The notes: generated from the sequence alone by a model not told the origin. Counted from the first letter of the stretch, positions 34,968 to 47,257 are shown. The stretch is 64,000 nucleotides of DNA from an uncultured Verrucomicrobiae bacterium (GCA_963789055.1 CAWBJE010000005.1:123920-187919), one strand, 5' to 3'. Made by a program: numbers and translations.

Positions 34968-37032
34968 GTGACGAATTCGCAGAGTAGAAGTGTGATTGAA
35001 AGCAGTTCCAGGGTTCAACCAGCACAGTCGCATTCGGCAACCCGTCTGCCAGCGGATTTTGCCGGGGATTTGGAGGCCGCCATTCAGCGGGCGCAGGACA
35101 ATCTGCTCCGCATGCAAAAGCCGGAGGGCTACTGGATCGGCGAATTGATGGTGGATTCCACGCTCGTTTCCGACACGATCGCGTATCACCATTGGCACGG
35201 CAAGGTGGACCCGGAATGGCAGCGCAAGGCGGTCAACCACATCTTTTCCATGCAATTGCCCGACGGCGGCTGGAACATTTATTACGGCGGCCCGTCGGAG
35301 GTGAATGCCACCATCAAGGCCTATCTCGCGCTCAAACTCGCCGGCGTGCCGGTCACCGACCCGCGCATGCTGGCGGCGCGCGAAGTGGCGCTGCACCTCG
35401 GCGGCGTGCCGCGCATGAACACGTTTTCCAAGCTGTACCTCGCGCTGCTCGGGCTGTATCCCTGGGAATACGTCCCGACCATCCCGTGCGAGGTGCTGCT
35501 CATCGGCAAATGGTTCCACGTGAATTTCTGGGACATGAGCAACTGGTCGCGCGGCGATGCTCGTGCCGCTGGCCATCATCAACCATTTCAAACCCACCCG
35601 CCCGGCGAACGTGGACCTGGACGAGCTTTATCCCGAAGGCATCCACGAACGCGACCTCGCGCTCGCGCCCGACCCGGAAAGGCTTTCGTGGCGCAATTTC
35701 TTCCTCTGGCTCGACCGCCTGCACAAGTTCGCCGAATGGTTCGCCGAACACAAAATCCATCCCTTCCGCAAGCGCGCGCTGAGAAAGGCCGAGCAATGGA
35801 TGCTGGAACGCTTTGAAGGCTCGGACGGCCTGGCGGCGATTTTCCCCGCGATGCTCAATTCGCTCATCGCCCTCAAGGCGCTGGGTTATCCCGACGACCA
35901 TCCGCAGGTCGTCCGCGCCGCGCGCGAGCTGAAAAAGCTGGAGCACGAAACCGAAGATACCGTGCGCATCGAGCCTTGCTTCTCGCCGGTCTGGGACACG
36001 GCCATCGTCGCCATTTGCCTGCACGAATCCGGCATTCCGGAAGATCATCCCACGCTGAAGCAGGCCGCCGAGTGGCTGATGGACCGGGAAATCCGTTTCC
36101 GCGGCGACTGGATTCACAAAAATCCCGGCCGACGTCGAACCCAGCGGCTGGGTCTTTGAATTCAACAACAAATGGAATCCCGACGTGGACGACACGGCGA
36201 TGGTGCTGCTCGCGCTGCGCAAAATTCCCACGGACAATCCGAAGCGACGCGACGAATGTTTCCAGCGCGGCCTGAAATGGATGATGACCTTCCAGTGCAA
36301 GGACGGCGGCTGGGCGTCGTTCGACAAGGATTGCACCAAGAACATCCTGGAAAAAGTCCCGTTCGCCGACCACAACGCCATGCTCGACCCCGAATGCGCC
36401 GACATCACCGCGCGCATCCTGGAATTGCTCGGCTACGAAGGCTGGCCAACCGACCATCCGCAAGTGAGCGAAGCGCTGCAATTCATTCGCGAGCATCAGG
36501 AAGCCGACGGCTCGTGGTATGGCCGCTGGGGCGTGAATTACATTTACGGCACCTGGCAGGTGTTGCGCGGATTGCGCGCGATGAACCTGGACATGAACCA
36601 GCCGTGGCTGCTCAAGGCGCGCGCCTGGCTCGAAAGCGTCCAGCACGAGGACGGCGGCTGGGGCGAACGCTGCAACACCTACGACGACCCGGTCTTCAAA
36701 GGCAGGGGCCCAGCACCGCGTCGCAAACCGCCTGGGCCGTCATGGGCCTGTGCGCGTTCGACGACCCGGACAATCCCGCGCTCAAACGCGGCATTGAATA
36801 TCTGATCCGCACGCAAAATCCGGACGGCTCGTGGACGGAAGCCGAGACCACCGGCACCGGTTTCCCGAAGGTGTTTTATTTGAAATACGACATGTATCGC
36901 AACGCCTGGCCGCTGCTGGCGTTGGCCACGTACCGGAAAATACTTGAAAGCGCCGGCGCCCGGCGCAACGACGACATAAACAGCCGGCGACATCCAGGGA
37001 TGGAAGCTCCGCAAAACGCCGGTCATGCTTGA
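34968..37032 (+). CDS. shc: Squalene-hopene cyclase (about three indels)
   Basis: QW repeats (QLPDGGW, QCKDGGW, QEADGSW, QNPDGSW), SPVWDTA, catalytic PDVDDTA, GTGFPKVFYLKYDMY. Confidence 0.93.
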
Positions 37033-37408
37033 GAGTCACACGTTTAAACGCTACAACGCAAATCGGCCTTCGGGAACGAAGGTTTTTTCTTTCTCGCTGT
37101 TTTTCCAATGACCTGTTAAATCCTCCGCATGAGTTACGACCGCATTGTTAATCCCGTGCTGCTTTCTGAACTCTGCTCGCGCTAGGTACAGAACCGAATA
37201 TGAACTGTATATTTAGTTGTCGGCAGGCAAAGTACTCACCTCAGCGACGCGCCCAACTCATTTCCGAATTACATGAAATCCACGTGAATTTAATCGAGCT
37301 CAAGTAGACATACCACGTGGGAAAGCAGGGAGTCGCCCTCGCCTGTCTATGTCAATTCGCACACAAAGTTGACAGGTTTGCCGCTGCCGACCATGCTTGC
37401 CTCGTGCA

Positions 37409-38195
37409 ATGCTTGAGCAAACCGTCCAGATTGTTTCCAACGAGCGCGACACGGATTCCTATTTCCGGCTCGTGCTGCGCGCGCCGCAAATCGCGCCGCT
37501 CATCCAGCCCGGACAGTTTGCCCACGTCCGCGTGCTGCCGCTGAAGGACGCCCTGCTGCGCCGGCCGTTCAGCATCTTTCAGGTCGAGGGCGACACGTTT
37601 TCCATCCTCTACAAAACCGTCGGCAAAGGCACCGACGCGCTGGCCCGGATGGGTGCCGGCGAGGAACTCAGCGTCATTGCGCCGCTCGGCCACGGATTCA
37701 CCGTGCCCAAACGCGGCGGCGAAACTCCCCTGCTCGTCGCCGGCGGTTACGGCATGGCGGCGATGTATCTGCTGGCGCAACGCTCGCCGCAAAAAGGCAT
37801 CGTCTTCGTCGGCGGCCGGCGGCGCGTGGACATTTTGTGCGAAAAGGAATTTCAGGCGCTCGGCTGGGACGTGCGCGTGACCACCGAAGACGGCAGCCAC
37901 GGCGAAAAAGGATTGGTCACAGAACCGTTGCTTGACAGAACTGAAACGAAAGGTGCCCCACCGGAAAGTGTTCGCCTGCGGCCCGACGGGCATGTTGAAA
38001 GCCGTTGGCAAAATCGCCGAGGAATTCAAAGTGCCGGCGGAACTTTCGATGGATGAACACATGTGCTGCGGCGTCGGCGTCTGCCTGACGTGCGTGATTC
38101 CGGTCAAGACCGGCGACGGCTGGGAATACCAGCGCACCTGCACCGAAGGGCCGGTGTTTGATGCGCGGAAGGTTGAATGGGAGGCAGTCAGATGA
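37409..38195 (+). CDS. pyrK: Dihydroorotate dehydrogenase electron-transfer subunit (indel near 37935)
   Basis: PGQF, LRRPFSI, VAGGYG, ACGP, MCCGVGVCLTC...CTEGPVF motifs. Confidence 0.92.
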
Positions 38196-38251
38196 ATCTA
38201 CAATCCACGATTTACGATTTACAATTTGCGAAAGAAATCGGAGGTGTATCC

Positions 38252-39170
38252 GTGAATCTGTCCGTCCAAATCGGCAAACTGAAGCTGCAAAACCCGGTGA
38301 TGGTCGCGTCGGGCACCTTCGGCTACGGCGTCGAATACGCGCAACTCCTCGACCTGAACCAGCTCGGCGCGGTGGTCGTGAAGGGCATCCGGCTGCATCC
38401 GGTTCGCGGCAATCCCACGCCGCGCACGGCCGAAGTCGCCAGCGGCATGCTCAACGCCATCGGCCTGCAAGGGCCGGGCGTGGACGGGTTCATCAAAAAA
38501 TACTGGCCGTTTCTCAAAAAACTGAAGGTGCCCACCATCATCAACATCTGGGGCACCACGGTTGACGAATACGCCGAGGTGGCGCGGCGGTTCGACGCGC
38601 TGGGCGGCGTCGGCGCGCTGGAACTGAACGTTTCCTGCCCGAACATCAAGGAAGGCGGCGCGCAGTTCGGCACGGACGTGAAATTGCTCGCGCAGGTCGT
38701 GGCCGCCTGCCGGAAGGTGACGAAGCTGCCGCTGATCACCAAGATGAGTCCGAACGTGGTGAGCATCGCGCCTTTCGCCAAGGCGGCGGAGGAAGCCGGC
38801 AGCGACGCGCTGGCCATCACGAACAGTTACCCGGCCATGGCGATTGACATCGAAACGCGCAAGCCGAAGCTGGCGAACGTCACCGGCGGCCTGACCGGCC
38901 CGTGCATCAAGCCGATTGCCATCAAACTGGTCTGGGAAGCGGCGAAGGCGGTGAAGATTCCCATCATCGGCATGGGCGGCATCCAGAACGCGGCGGACGC
39001 GATTGAATTCATGATGGCCGGCGCGACGGCGGTGGCGGTGGGCACGGCAAATTTCTACGAACCGCAGACGGCGTTGCAGGTGATTGCCGGCATCCGCGAA
39101 TTCATGCAAAAACACGGCATCAAGGACGTGCGGGAAATCACCGGCAGCGTGCCAGAATCGAGCCAAGATG
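38252..39170 (+). CDS. pyrD: Dihydroorotate dehydrogenase, family 1B catalytic subunit (3' end approximate)
   Basis: NPVMVASGTFG, GNPTPR, MLNAIGLQGPG, ELNVSCPN, GGLTGP.IKP, IIGMGGI motifs; GGAGGT ribosome-binding site before GTG 38252. Confidence 0.93.
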
Positions 39171-39549
39171 AACCTGATTCCAATGTTCGAGCATCGCTCA
39201 AAACCGTTGTTGCCGCGCCGGGAATTTTATGCCGCGCATGGCGCGGAGCGCGGCGGTGGCTCTGCTGGTCGTCGCGGTCGCGCTTGGCATCGGCATGGTC
39301 GGCTACCGCGCCTTCGAGCCGATGTCCTGGGTGGACGCCTTCGTCAATGCGGCGATGATTCTGTCCGGCATGGGGCCGGTGTCGGCGCTGCAAACCGACG
39401 GCGGGCAAGATTTTCGCCGGCTGCTACGCGCTGTTCAGCGGCCTGGCGTTCATGCGAGCATTGGAATCATTTTCTGCGCCGGTGTTTCACCGGTTCCTCC
39501 ACAAGTTTCATCTGGAAGAAGCGAAACGCGCGGACAAACGGGCGAATGA
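39168..39549 (+). CDS. Small membrane protein with two TM helices and a pore-helix-like segment (indels)
   Basis: MFEHRSKPLLPRREF...GIGMVGY...WVDAFVNAAMILSGMGP...GKIFAGCYALFSG...APVFHRFLHKFHLE when frames are joined. Confidence 0.7.
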
Positions 39550-39559
39550 TTTTTTGAAC

Positions 39560-39612
39560 GTGGCACAGGCGTCTGCCTGTGATCAATCACACCGGCCGGA
39601 GGCCTGTGCCAC
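39560..39612. repeat. REP-like doublet
   Basis: GTGGCACAGGCGTCTGCCTGTG...CACCGGCCGGAGGCCTGTGCCAC. Confidence 0.65.
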
Positions 39613-39665
39613 CTATGCCACTATTCTGTTTTGCGCTTCGCGCGCGACGCGCTATGCTTCGGCTC

Positions 39666-40596
39666 ATGCTTTGGGCATTCACCAAATATCACGCGCTGGG
39701 CAACGACTACATCGTCATTGACCCGAAGAACCTGCCGTCGCCGCTGACGGCCGCACAGGTCAAAACCATCTGCCATCGCAATTACGGCATCGGTTCGGAC
39801 GGCATTTTGCTCGGTCCCCTGCCCTCCAAAAAGGCGAAGTTCGCGCTCCGCATTTTCAATCCCGACGGCAGCGAGGCCGAAAAGAGCGGCAACGGCCTGC
39901 GGATTTTTTCGCGTTATCTGTGGGACAAGAAACTGGTCGGCAAGGATGAGTTCGACGTCGAAACCCCCGGCGGCGTGGTGAAAGCCACGGTCATGGAACG
40001 CGGCAAAATCGTGCGCGTCGAAATGGGCAAGGTCAGTTTCTGGAGCGATGAAATTCCCGTGGCCGGCCCGCGCCGCGAAGTCATCAACGAACCGATCCAT
40101 CTGCGCGGGGAGCGATTCAACTTTTGCGCGGCCACCGTGGGCAATCCGCATTGCGTGCTGCCGATGCCGAAAATCAGCGCCGACCTGGCCCGGCAGATCG
40201 GCCCGTTGCTGGAAACGCACCTGCGTTTTCCCAACCGCACCAACGTGCAATTCATGAAGGTGCTCGACCGCAAAAACATCCAGATTGAAATCTGGGAGCG
40301 CGGCGCGGGTTACACGCTGGCGAGCGGCAGCAGCAGCAGCGCGGCGGCGGCGGTGGCGCACCGGCTCGGCCTGTGCGACCGCGATATTTCCGTCCACATG
40401 CCCGGCGGGATCATTGAAATCAAGATCGGCGACGATTACGCGATCGTAGATGACCGGCTCGGTGACGAAGGTGTCCGACGGCGTCATCGCGAAGGAAATG
40501 TTCAGTGCTTCGCGTTGTGATCGGGTGAAGCCGAGCGTCGTAGCCGCCGAGGTAACGAGACGGAATAGACTACTCGCAGGCACTTCCGCCTCCTGA
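39666..40596 (+). CDS. dapF: Diaminopimelate epimerase-like protein, Ser/Ser active site (indel near 40447; end approximate)
   Basis: FTKYHALGNDY, RNYGIGSDG, FNPDGSEAEKSGNG, GNPHCV, RTNVQF, WERGAGYTLASGSS motifs. Confidence 0.85.
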
Positions 40597-40611
40597 CGTC
40601 TTGGCGGCTAC
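40540..40611. repeat. GTAG-type REP doublet
   Basis: GTAGCCGCCGAGGTAACGAGACGGAA...TTCCGCCTCCTGACGTCTTGGCGGCTAC. Confidence 0.75.
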
Positions 40612-40622
40612 AGAACGTCAAC

Positions 40623-41141
40623 TCATCGGCTTCCGATCTGGCCCGTCTCGAACCATTTATCATCCGCCAGCACCACCGAGGTTTCGATCTGGCGATAGGG
40701 AATGGACCAGTACTTTTTGAGCAGCCGGTCTTTTTCCGCCGGGGTTACCTTGCGAAAGCCGTGTTTCTCGTAGAAGGCAATGGCCCACGTTGCCGCCGCC
40801 CAGGTTCCAATCAAAATCGGCCGGGTCGTTGAGCCGCACAGATGTTTCAACAATTTGCCGCCGATACCCTGATTCCGGAAAGCCGTGCGCACATAGGCGT
40901 GGCGGATGAGCGTGACGTCCTGGACGGGCTGAATGCCCATCATCCCGGCGAATTTTCCGTCCAGTTCCATCCCCCAGAAAACCACTCCTTGCTGCATTTG
41001 TTCCCGCAATTCGGTTTGCGGCATGTAGGGTTCATGCCAGCGGTCGGGAGGAATGACGCCGTGATAAGCCTGGGCGGCGTCGTTGATGATTTCCCAAATC
41101 GCCCCGAATTCATCGGGGCGGCAGGGACGTATGGTTCCCAT
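40623..41141 (-). CDS. GNAT-family N-acetyltransferase
   Basis: IINDAAQAY.GVIP.DRWHEPYM, LIRHAYV...RNQGIGGKLL, AIAFYEKHGF motifs. Confidence 0.9.
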   Translation of the reverse strand: MGTIRPCRPDEFGAIWEIINDAAQAYHGVIPPDRWHEPYMPQTELREQMQQGVVFWGMELDGKFAGMMGIQPVQDVTLIRHAYVRTAFRNQGIGGKLLKHLCGSTTRPILIGTWAAATWAIAFYEKHGFRKVTPAEKDRLLKKYWSIPYRQIETSVVLADDKWFETGQIGSR

Positions 41142-41169
41142 TATTGCTTTGCCGTCACGGCTCAGCCAA

Positions 41170-41522
41170 TTATTCGACGGGCACGCCGAACGCACCGGCT
41201 GCCGACATGGATGGCGCTGATTTTTTGCGGTCTGTTCCAGCTCCTCCCGTTTCCGGGCATCTTCCCGGGCCTGCCGCACGGCATTCTCAGCCGCATTCAA
41301 AAGGTCGTTGACATTTTTGGCCAACTCCGGCGTGAAGGTGGGATGAATCACCACCAGACATCCTTCGGTCAATTCCATCCCCACACCTTTCAACGCCAAC
41401 GACTGATTCAACAACCGCCGGATTTGTTCAAGCGTCGGAGCGTCAATCTGTCGGTTCCGTTCGAAAGGCGACTTTGCGTTTATCGGACAATTCCTGTTAA
41501 TGGATATTATTTTCATAATCAT
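41170..41522 (-). CDS. Hypothetical protein (appears fused to the GNAT only through an indel)
   Basis: Helical ORF; an alternative frame ends MSAAGAFGVPVE* at 41170. Confidence 0.5.
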
Positions 41523-41636
41523 GCGAATGCGACTTGCTTAAGGAAGCATGAACCACGCCAGGTTATTGGCGCAAGAATTAACACGGACACGCCTGGAAAA
41601 CCCGCTGGCTGACGGTCGGAAGCCGGATTCCCCCGG

Positions 41637-42822
41637 TTATTGGGCCGGCTGGAATTTGCCCCGCAGGACGTGGATGAGCGCCTTGACTGTAAGTTCGATG
41701 AAAAGAAACGGCTTGGCGATGAAGTCATTGCCGCCGGCCACCATGGATTTGGTGCGGTTATTAAAGTCATCAAGGCGGGTGACAAAGACGACCGGGGTTT
41801 TCTTGTGCAGCGGCAGATTGCGCAGCTTGTTGCAAAGTTCGAAGCCGTTCATGCCCGGCATGTCCACGTCCAAAAACACAAGGTCGAATTTGTTTTCGGA
41901 AAGCAGTTTCAAGGCGGCGTTCGGGTCTTCAACGCTGATGGACTGGAGCTGCGCTTTTTTGAGCGCGTAAGTGATGGTACGGCAGGCCAGCGCCTCGTCG
42001 TCCACGACCAGGATGCTGGCGCGGGGGAGTTCCTGCATTTCGGGCTGGGTGCCGTTTTAAACAGGAAATCGAGAAAATCCACCGCCGCGGCGACGGTGTG
42101 CAGGATTGAGGCGCTGATGTTTTTCGGTTTTTCGCAAAGTTCCTTGAGCAAGGCCTTCGAACGAGGCCGCCATGTGCGCGATCAGGACGAGGCCGGAGAT
42201 GCCGGCGTTGCTGTTGACGGCATGGATGCGGCAATAGAGTTCCTGAATGTGTTCGAGCCGGGTCTGCTTCGGCGTCGGACTTGATGAGGCTTTGCAAGCG
42301 AAGCGCGCAGGACGGTCAGCGTGGCGGGCAGGCTGGCAATGAATGTTTCCCGGAATTCAGCCTGAAATTCAGCATCCGTCTCGGCTGGCAGATTGGGCGG
42401 ATTTGGTCCGCCGGCGCGCCTTCGGTTTTCCGGCGGGCATGCGAAATCGCCTCGCCGCCACCGATGGTGCGGCGCATCAGATCCAACAGATCCTGCGGCG
42501 AACAGTTGATTTTGGAGACACATTTCGTCGCGCCGGCCTTCCACGCATCCTGAATCAGGTTGGTCAGGTAGGTGTTGGAAAGAACGATGATCGGCACTTT
42601 GGAAAATTCCGGATCGCTGCGAATTTTATTGATGACTTCAATGCCCGACATTTTGGGCAGAATCAGGTCAAGCACGATGGCATCGGGCTGAAACGTGCGC
42701 ATCAATTTCAACCCGCTCTCGCCATCGAGCGCGATCTCGGCCAGATAACCTTCCACGACGAGTTTGTTCCGATAAACATTCGCAACAATCTGTTCATCTT
42801 CGATGATGAGGATTTTTTTCAT
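41637..42822 (-). CDS. REC-Hpt-like-REC response regulator, copy 2 (indels)
   Basis: KKILIIEDE REC domain; central helical Hpt-like segment; C-terminal REC (LVFLDVDMPG, FIAKPF). Confidence 0.82.
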
Positions 42823-42879
42823 TATAATTAGCTTTCCGAAGGCACAAGGTTGGGAGTTGGCAGCCGGATGGATTTCCGG

Positions 42880-44058
42880 TCATTTGGCCGGCTGTAATTT
42901 GCCGCGCAGGACGTGGATGAGGGCCTTGACGGTGAGTTCAATGAAGAGAAACGGTTTGGCAATGAAATCGTTGCCGCCGGCCATCATGGAATTGGTGCGG
43001 TTGTCGAAGTCACTGAGGCCGGTAATGAAAACGACCGGGGTTTTCTTATGCAAAGGCAGGTTGCGCAGCTTGGTGCAGAGTTCGTAACCGGTCATGCCCG
43101 GCATGTCCACGTCCAGAAACACAAGGTCAAATTGATTTTCGGAAAGCAGCTTGAAGGCGTCGTTCGGGTCTTCGACGCTGACGGACTGGAGTTGCGCTTT
43201 TTCGAGCGCGTAAATGATGGCGCGGCGGGAAATGGCCTCGTCGTCCACGACCAGGATGCTGGCGGGCGGGATTTCCTGCTTGTCGGACCGGGTGCTGCGT
43301 TCAAACAGGAAGCCGAGAAAATCCACGGTGGCGGCGACGGTGCGCAGGGTTGAGGAGTTGATGTTTTTGGGTTTTTCGTAAAGTTCCTTGAGCAAGGCCT
43401 CGAGCGCGGCGGCCAGGTGCGCGATTTGGACGAGGCCGGCAATGCCGGCGTTGCCGTTGACCGCGTGGATGCGGCGATAGAGTTCGTGGATGTGTTTGAG
43501 CCGCGCCACTTCGGTGTCGGACTTGATGAGGCTTTGCAAGCCGGTCGCGCAAGACGGCGAGCGTGGCGGGCAGGCTGGCAATCAATGTTTTCCGAAGCTC
43601 GGCCTGAAATTCGGCATCGGCTTCGCTGATAACCAGGGACGGGCTTGGCCGGCAGCGCCTTCCGTCGTTGGGCCGGACGGGAGCAACCGGCCGCCGCCGA
43701 TGGTGCGGCGCATCAGTTCCAACAAATCCTTCGGCGAACAGTTGATTTTGGAGACGCATTTCGTCGCGCCGGCCTTCCATGCATCCTGAATCAGGTTGGT
43801 CAGATAGGTGTTGGAAAAAACAATGATCGGCAATTTGGCGAAATCGGCTTCGCTGCGGATTTGCTTGATGACATCGACGCCCGACATTTTGGGCAGCATG
43901 AGGTCAAGCACGATGCCATCCGGCTGGAACGTGCGCATCATCTTCAGGCCCGTCTCGCCATCCAGCGCGACCTCAACCTGATAACCTTCCACGGCAAGTT
44001 TGTTTCGATAAACATTCGAAACAATCTGGTCATCTTCGATGATGAGGATTTTTTTCAT
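42880..44058 (-). CDS. REC-Hpt-like-REC response regulator, copy 1 (indels)
   Basis: Paralogue of the above; ELYRRIHAVNGNAGIAG is an Hpt-like His motif. Confidence 0.85.
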
Positions 44059-44516
44059 CAATAGGCAGCGTCGGCGGCGGTGCAGCGGAATTCAACTGCG
44101 CCGCCAGGAAATTTTGAATGAGCTTGAATTCGCGCGCGGCATCTTCATAAACCTGCGCGGCGGTGGTCAGCGTGCCGGAAGCGCCCTGCTTTTCCAGGTC
44201 CCGGAGCAGCGGCACGAACCGCGTCATGCCCAGCGTGGCGCTCGCGCCCGCGCAACTGTGCGCCACGCGGCGGACATCATCGGCCTTGTTGGCGCGCACG
44301 GCGGCTTCCAGTTGCGCCAATTGCTGGGTGGTCTGCTTGAAAAACATGTCAACCAGTTCGCGGATGCTGTCCGCGTCGCCGTCGGTCAACTCGTTCAAGC
44401 GTTCCATCTCCACCGTGCACCGCGTCATCGGCGGCGCGGGTGGGTTGGTTTGGGGTGATGGCGCAGTCTGGTGCCGCCGGAGTCATTTCGTTTTTGGCAT
44501 TGGGGTTGGTATTCAT
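44058..44516 (-). CDS. Stand-alone Hpt protein (indels)
   Basis: [16 protein letters not shown]; near-copy of the upstream kinase's Hpt domain; ATGA overlap. Confidence 0.85.
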
Positions 44517-47257
44517 AAATGAACAGCTGGCTGTGGCGGCGCGGCAGAATTCAACTGGGCCGCCAGAAATTGTTGAATGAGTTCGAATTCGCGGGCGGTT
44601 TCTTCGTAAATCTGGGTGGCGCTGGTCAGCATGCCGGAGGCGCCTTGTCTTTCCAGTTTGCGGAGCAGCGGCACGAACCGCATCATGCCCAGCGTGGCGC
44701 TCGCGCCGGCGCAACTGTGCGCCAGGCGGCGGACATCTTCGGGCTTGTTGGCGCGCACGGCGGCCCCCAATTGCTCCAATTGCTGGCTGGTCTGCTTGAA
44801 AAACAAGTCAACCAGTTCGCGCAAACTGTCCGTATCACCATCGGTCAAATCGTTCAAGATGTCCATTTCCACCGGCGGTCCCTCCTCGACCGGCACTTCG
44901 GGCCTGGGCACCGGCAGAGTGATGGGCGTGTCGGCGTTAATCACCGGCTTGGGGGCCGGTACCGGCGAAGCGGTTTTGGCCGCCGGTGCCGGCTTCGGAG
45001 CAGAAACATCAACCTTGCGCACTGGTGCCGGTTTGGCCGCCGCCGGTTCGGCTTTGGGCTTGGGCGCTTCGACTTTGGGTTTGGGCACCTCGGCTTTTGA
45101 TGTTGGCGTGACCGGATGCGCAACGGCCGCCGGCGCGGGGGCGGGAGCGGGCGCATCCGCTTTGGCTGCCGGCATAGGTGCTGGTGCCGGTTCACCGGCA
45201 TTGGCCGTCGGCGCAACCGTTGCCGTCCTTTTCGCTTGCGGCCCCCAGCGTTCGACGGCAGCACGAATTTCCTTCGGTAGAATCGGCTTCGAAAGATAAT
45301 CATCCATGCCGGCGGCCAGGCATTTTTCGCGGTCGCCCTGCATCGCCTGCGCGGTCATCGCAATAATAACGATGCGCGACTGGTAGTTCGGATGCACCGC
45401 TTCTTTTTGTCGCGCGCGGATGGCACACGTGGCTTCCAACCCGTCCATCTCTGGCATCATCACGTCCATGAAAACAATATCATACGGTTTTTTATCCAGC
45501 GCGTCGAGTGCTTCGCGGCCGTTCCCGGCAAGGTCAGGTTCATAACCGACGGTGGCCAGAATCCGCGCGGCAACCTTTTGGTTGATGGCGTTGTCGTCGC
45601 ACAAAAGGATGCTCAAGGGCAACTTCTCCGTGAGAGATTCCCCGGGCCTGGCGATCGGTTGCTGGCGCGCCGCGACCTTCGGGCTGAACAGGGCGCGCAC
45701 GAGCACTTCACAAAGCTGGGCCGGTTTGACAGGTTTATTGACCGTGTGGGCAAATACGATGTGGGTGCTGCCCGGGGCATCCGAATGCAGGCCCAGGGGC
45801 ATCATCAACACCAGCGGCATCATTGCCGCGCCGGGCAATTTGTGGATTTCCATGGCGAGCGCGAGGCCGTCCATGCCCGGCATCTGCAAATCCAGGACGC
45901 CCAGGTCGTATTGTTCGCCCTTCTTGAGCCATTCCAGGGCCTGCTGCGGACTTTCGGCTGCGCACGGAACCATTCCCCACTTGGTCACCTGCTCGGAAAT
46001 CACCCGGCGGATCATGGCGTTGTCGTCCACAATCAGCAGCCGCAAATCGGCGAGTTTGGACTGCGATCCCGCCAGGGCGTATGGCGCGGGTTGAAGGTCG
46101 GCCTGGAAATTAATGGTGAAATGGAAGGTCGAGCCGGTGCCGGGTGAACTTTCGGCCCACATTTTACCGCCCATCAGTTCGACCAGTTGTTTGCTGATGG
46201 CCAGTCCCAGGCCCGTGCCGCCGTAGTGCCGCGCGGTGGAGGCATCGCCCTGCGAAAACGGTTTGAACAACCGCTCCAGCCGTTCGGGCTGGATGCCGAT
46301 ACCCGTGTCGCGCACGGAAAAATTCAATTGCAACTGGGAGTTCTTCTGCGTTTCGTTCGGTTGCATCGAAAGCAATTTGACGTCGATGTGCACCCCGCCT
46401 TTTTCGGTGAATTTGATGGCATTGCTCAGGAGGTTGGCGAGCACCTGCCGCAACCGCAGGGAATCGCCCTCCACCGTCACCGGCATGGCATCGTCCATCT
46501 GATACGCCAGATCGAGATTCTTCCCAAAGGCGCGGGCCGCTTGCAGGTCGAGCGCATCCTCCACACAGGTGCGCAGGTTGAACGGCCGCGAATCCAATTC
46601 CAGTTTCCCCGCCTCAATTTTCGAAAAGTCCAGAATGTCGTTGACGATGGCCAGCAACGATTCGCTGCTGGTATGAATCGTTTCGAGATAACTGCGTTGT
46701 TCGGAGGTCAGCGGGGTTTCCAGCAGCAGGCTAACCATGGCGATGACCCCGTTCATCGGCGTGCGGATTTCATGGCTCATGGCCGCCAGAAAATCGGATT
46801 TGGCGCGCACGGCCGCCTCGGCGGCGAGACGGGCCTCGGTCAAACTGTCGTTGTGCCGGCCCAGGTCATCATGCCGACGCTTGGTTTCCAAAAGGGCGCG
46901 CAGCCGCGCGCGCAGCACCAGGGCTTCAAATGGCATGCCGACGCAATCGCACACGCCCAGGTCGAACGCCTGCAATTTGTCCACCGTGTTATCATCGCTG
47001 GTCAGAGCGGTAACCAGCGTGAAGGTCGTCGGCGGATTCTCCTTGAGCTGGCGCAGGAATTCAAAACCTTCTGCTTTCGACGACGCCAAATCAACCAGCA
47101 CGAGGTCCGCCGGACTGGCGCGCAGGGATTGAAGCCCGTCGGAAGCCCGGCGTTCCAAAGCAATGGCAATATTGTCCGTATGCAATGCGCCGGACAACGT
47201 CGCCAATAGCTTGGGATCGTTGCTGACCAAAAGAATCTGATATGCCGGCTGACTCAT
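44513..47257 (-). CDS. Cytoplasmic hybrid kinase: REC-like, HisKA, HATPase, REC, REC, Pro/Ala linker, Hpt
   Basis: [27 protein letters not shown]; two REC domains; [12 protein letters not shown]. Confidence 0.92.
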   Translation of the reverse strand: MSQPAYQILLVSNDPKLLATLSGALHTDNIAIALERRASDGLQSLRASPADLVLVDLASSKAEGFEFLRQLKENPPTTFTLVTALTSDDNTVDKLQAFDLGVCDCVGMPFEALVLRARLRALLETKRRHDDLGRHNDSLTEARLAAEAAVRAKSDFLAAMSHEIRTPMNGVIAMVSLLLETPLTSEQRSYLETIHTSSESLLAIVNDILDFSKIEAGKLELDSRPFNLRTCVEDALDLQAARAFGKNLDLAYQMDDAMPVTVEGDSLRLRQVLANLLSNAIKFTEKGGVHIDVKLLSMQPNETQKNSQLQLNFSVRDTGIGIQPERLERLFKPFSQGDASTARHYGGTGLGLAISKQLVELMGGKMWAESSPGTGSTFHFTINFQADLQPAPYALAGSQSKLADLRLLIVDDNAMIRRVISEQVTKWGMVPCAAESPQQALEWLKKGEQYDLGVLDLQMPGMDGLALAMEIHKLPGAAMMPLVLMMPLGLHSDAPGSTHIVFAHTVNKPVKPAQLCEVLVRALFSPKVAARQQPIARPGESLTEKLPLSILLCDDNAINQKVAARILATVGYEPDLAGNGREALDALDKKPYDIVFMDVMMPEMDGLEATCAIRARQKEAVHPNYQSRIVIIAMTAQAMQGDREKCLAAGMDDYLSKPILPKEIRAAVERWGPQAKRTATVAPTANAGEPAPAPMPAAKADAPAPAPAPAAVAHPVTPTSKAEVPKPKVEAPKPKAEPAAAKPAPVRKVDVSAPKPAPAAKTASPVPAPKPVINADTPITLPVPRPEVPVEEGPPVEMDILNDLTDGDTDSLRELVDLFFKQTSQQLEQLGAAVRANKPEDVRRLAHSCAGASATLGMMRFVPLLRKLERQGASGMLTSATQIYEETAREFELIQQFLAAQLNSAAPPQPAVHL

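Noticed and set aside
38177-39358. PyrD with a long C-terminal extension
   Set aside because: The extension overlaps the next membrane-protein gene out of frame; probably a missed stop caused by an indel.
40623-41522. 299-aa novel fusion with a GNAT domain
   Set aside because: An alternative frame closes the upstream protein at 41170 and the GNAT has its own ATG at 41141, so the fusion is likely an indel artefact.
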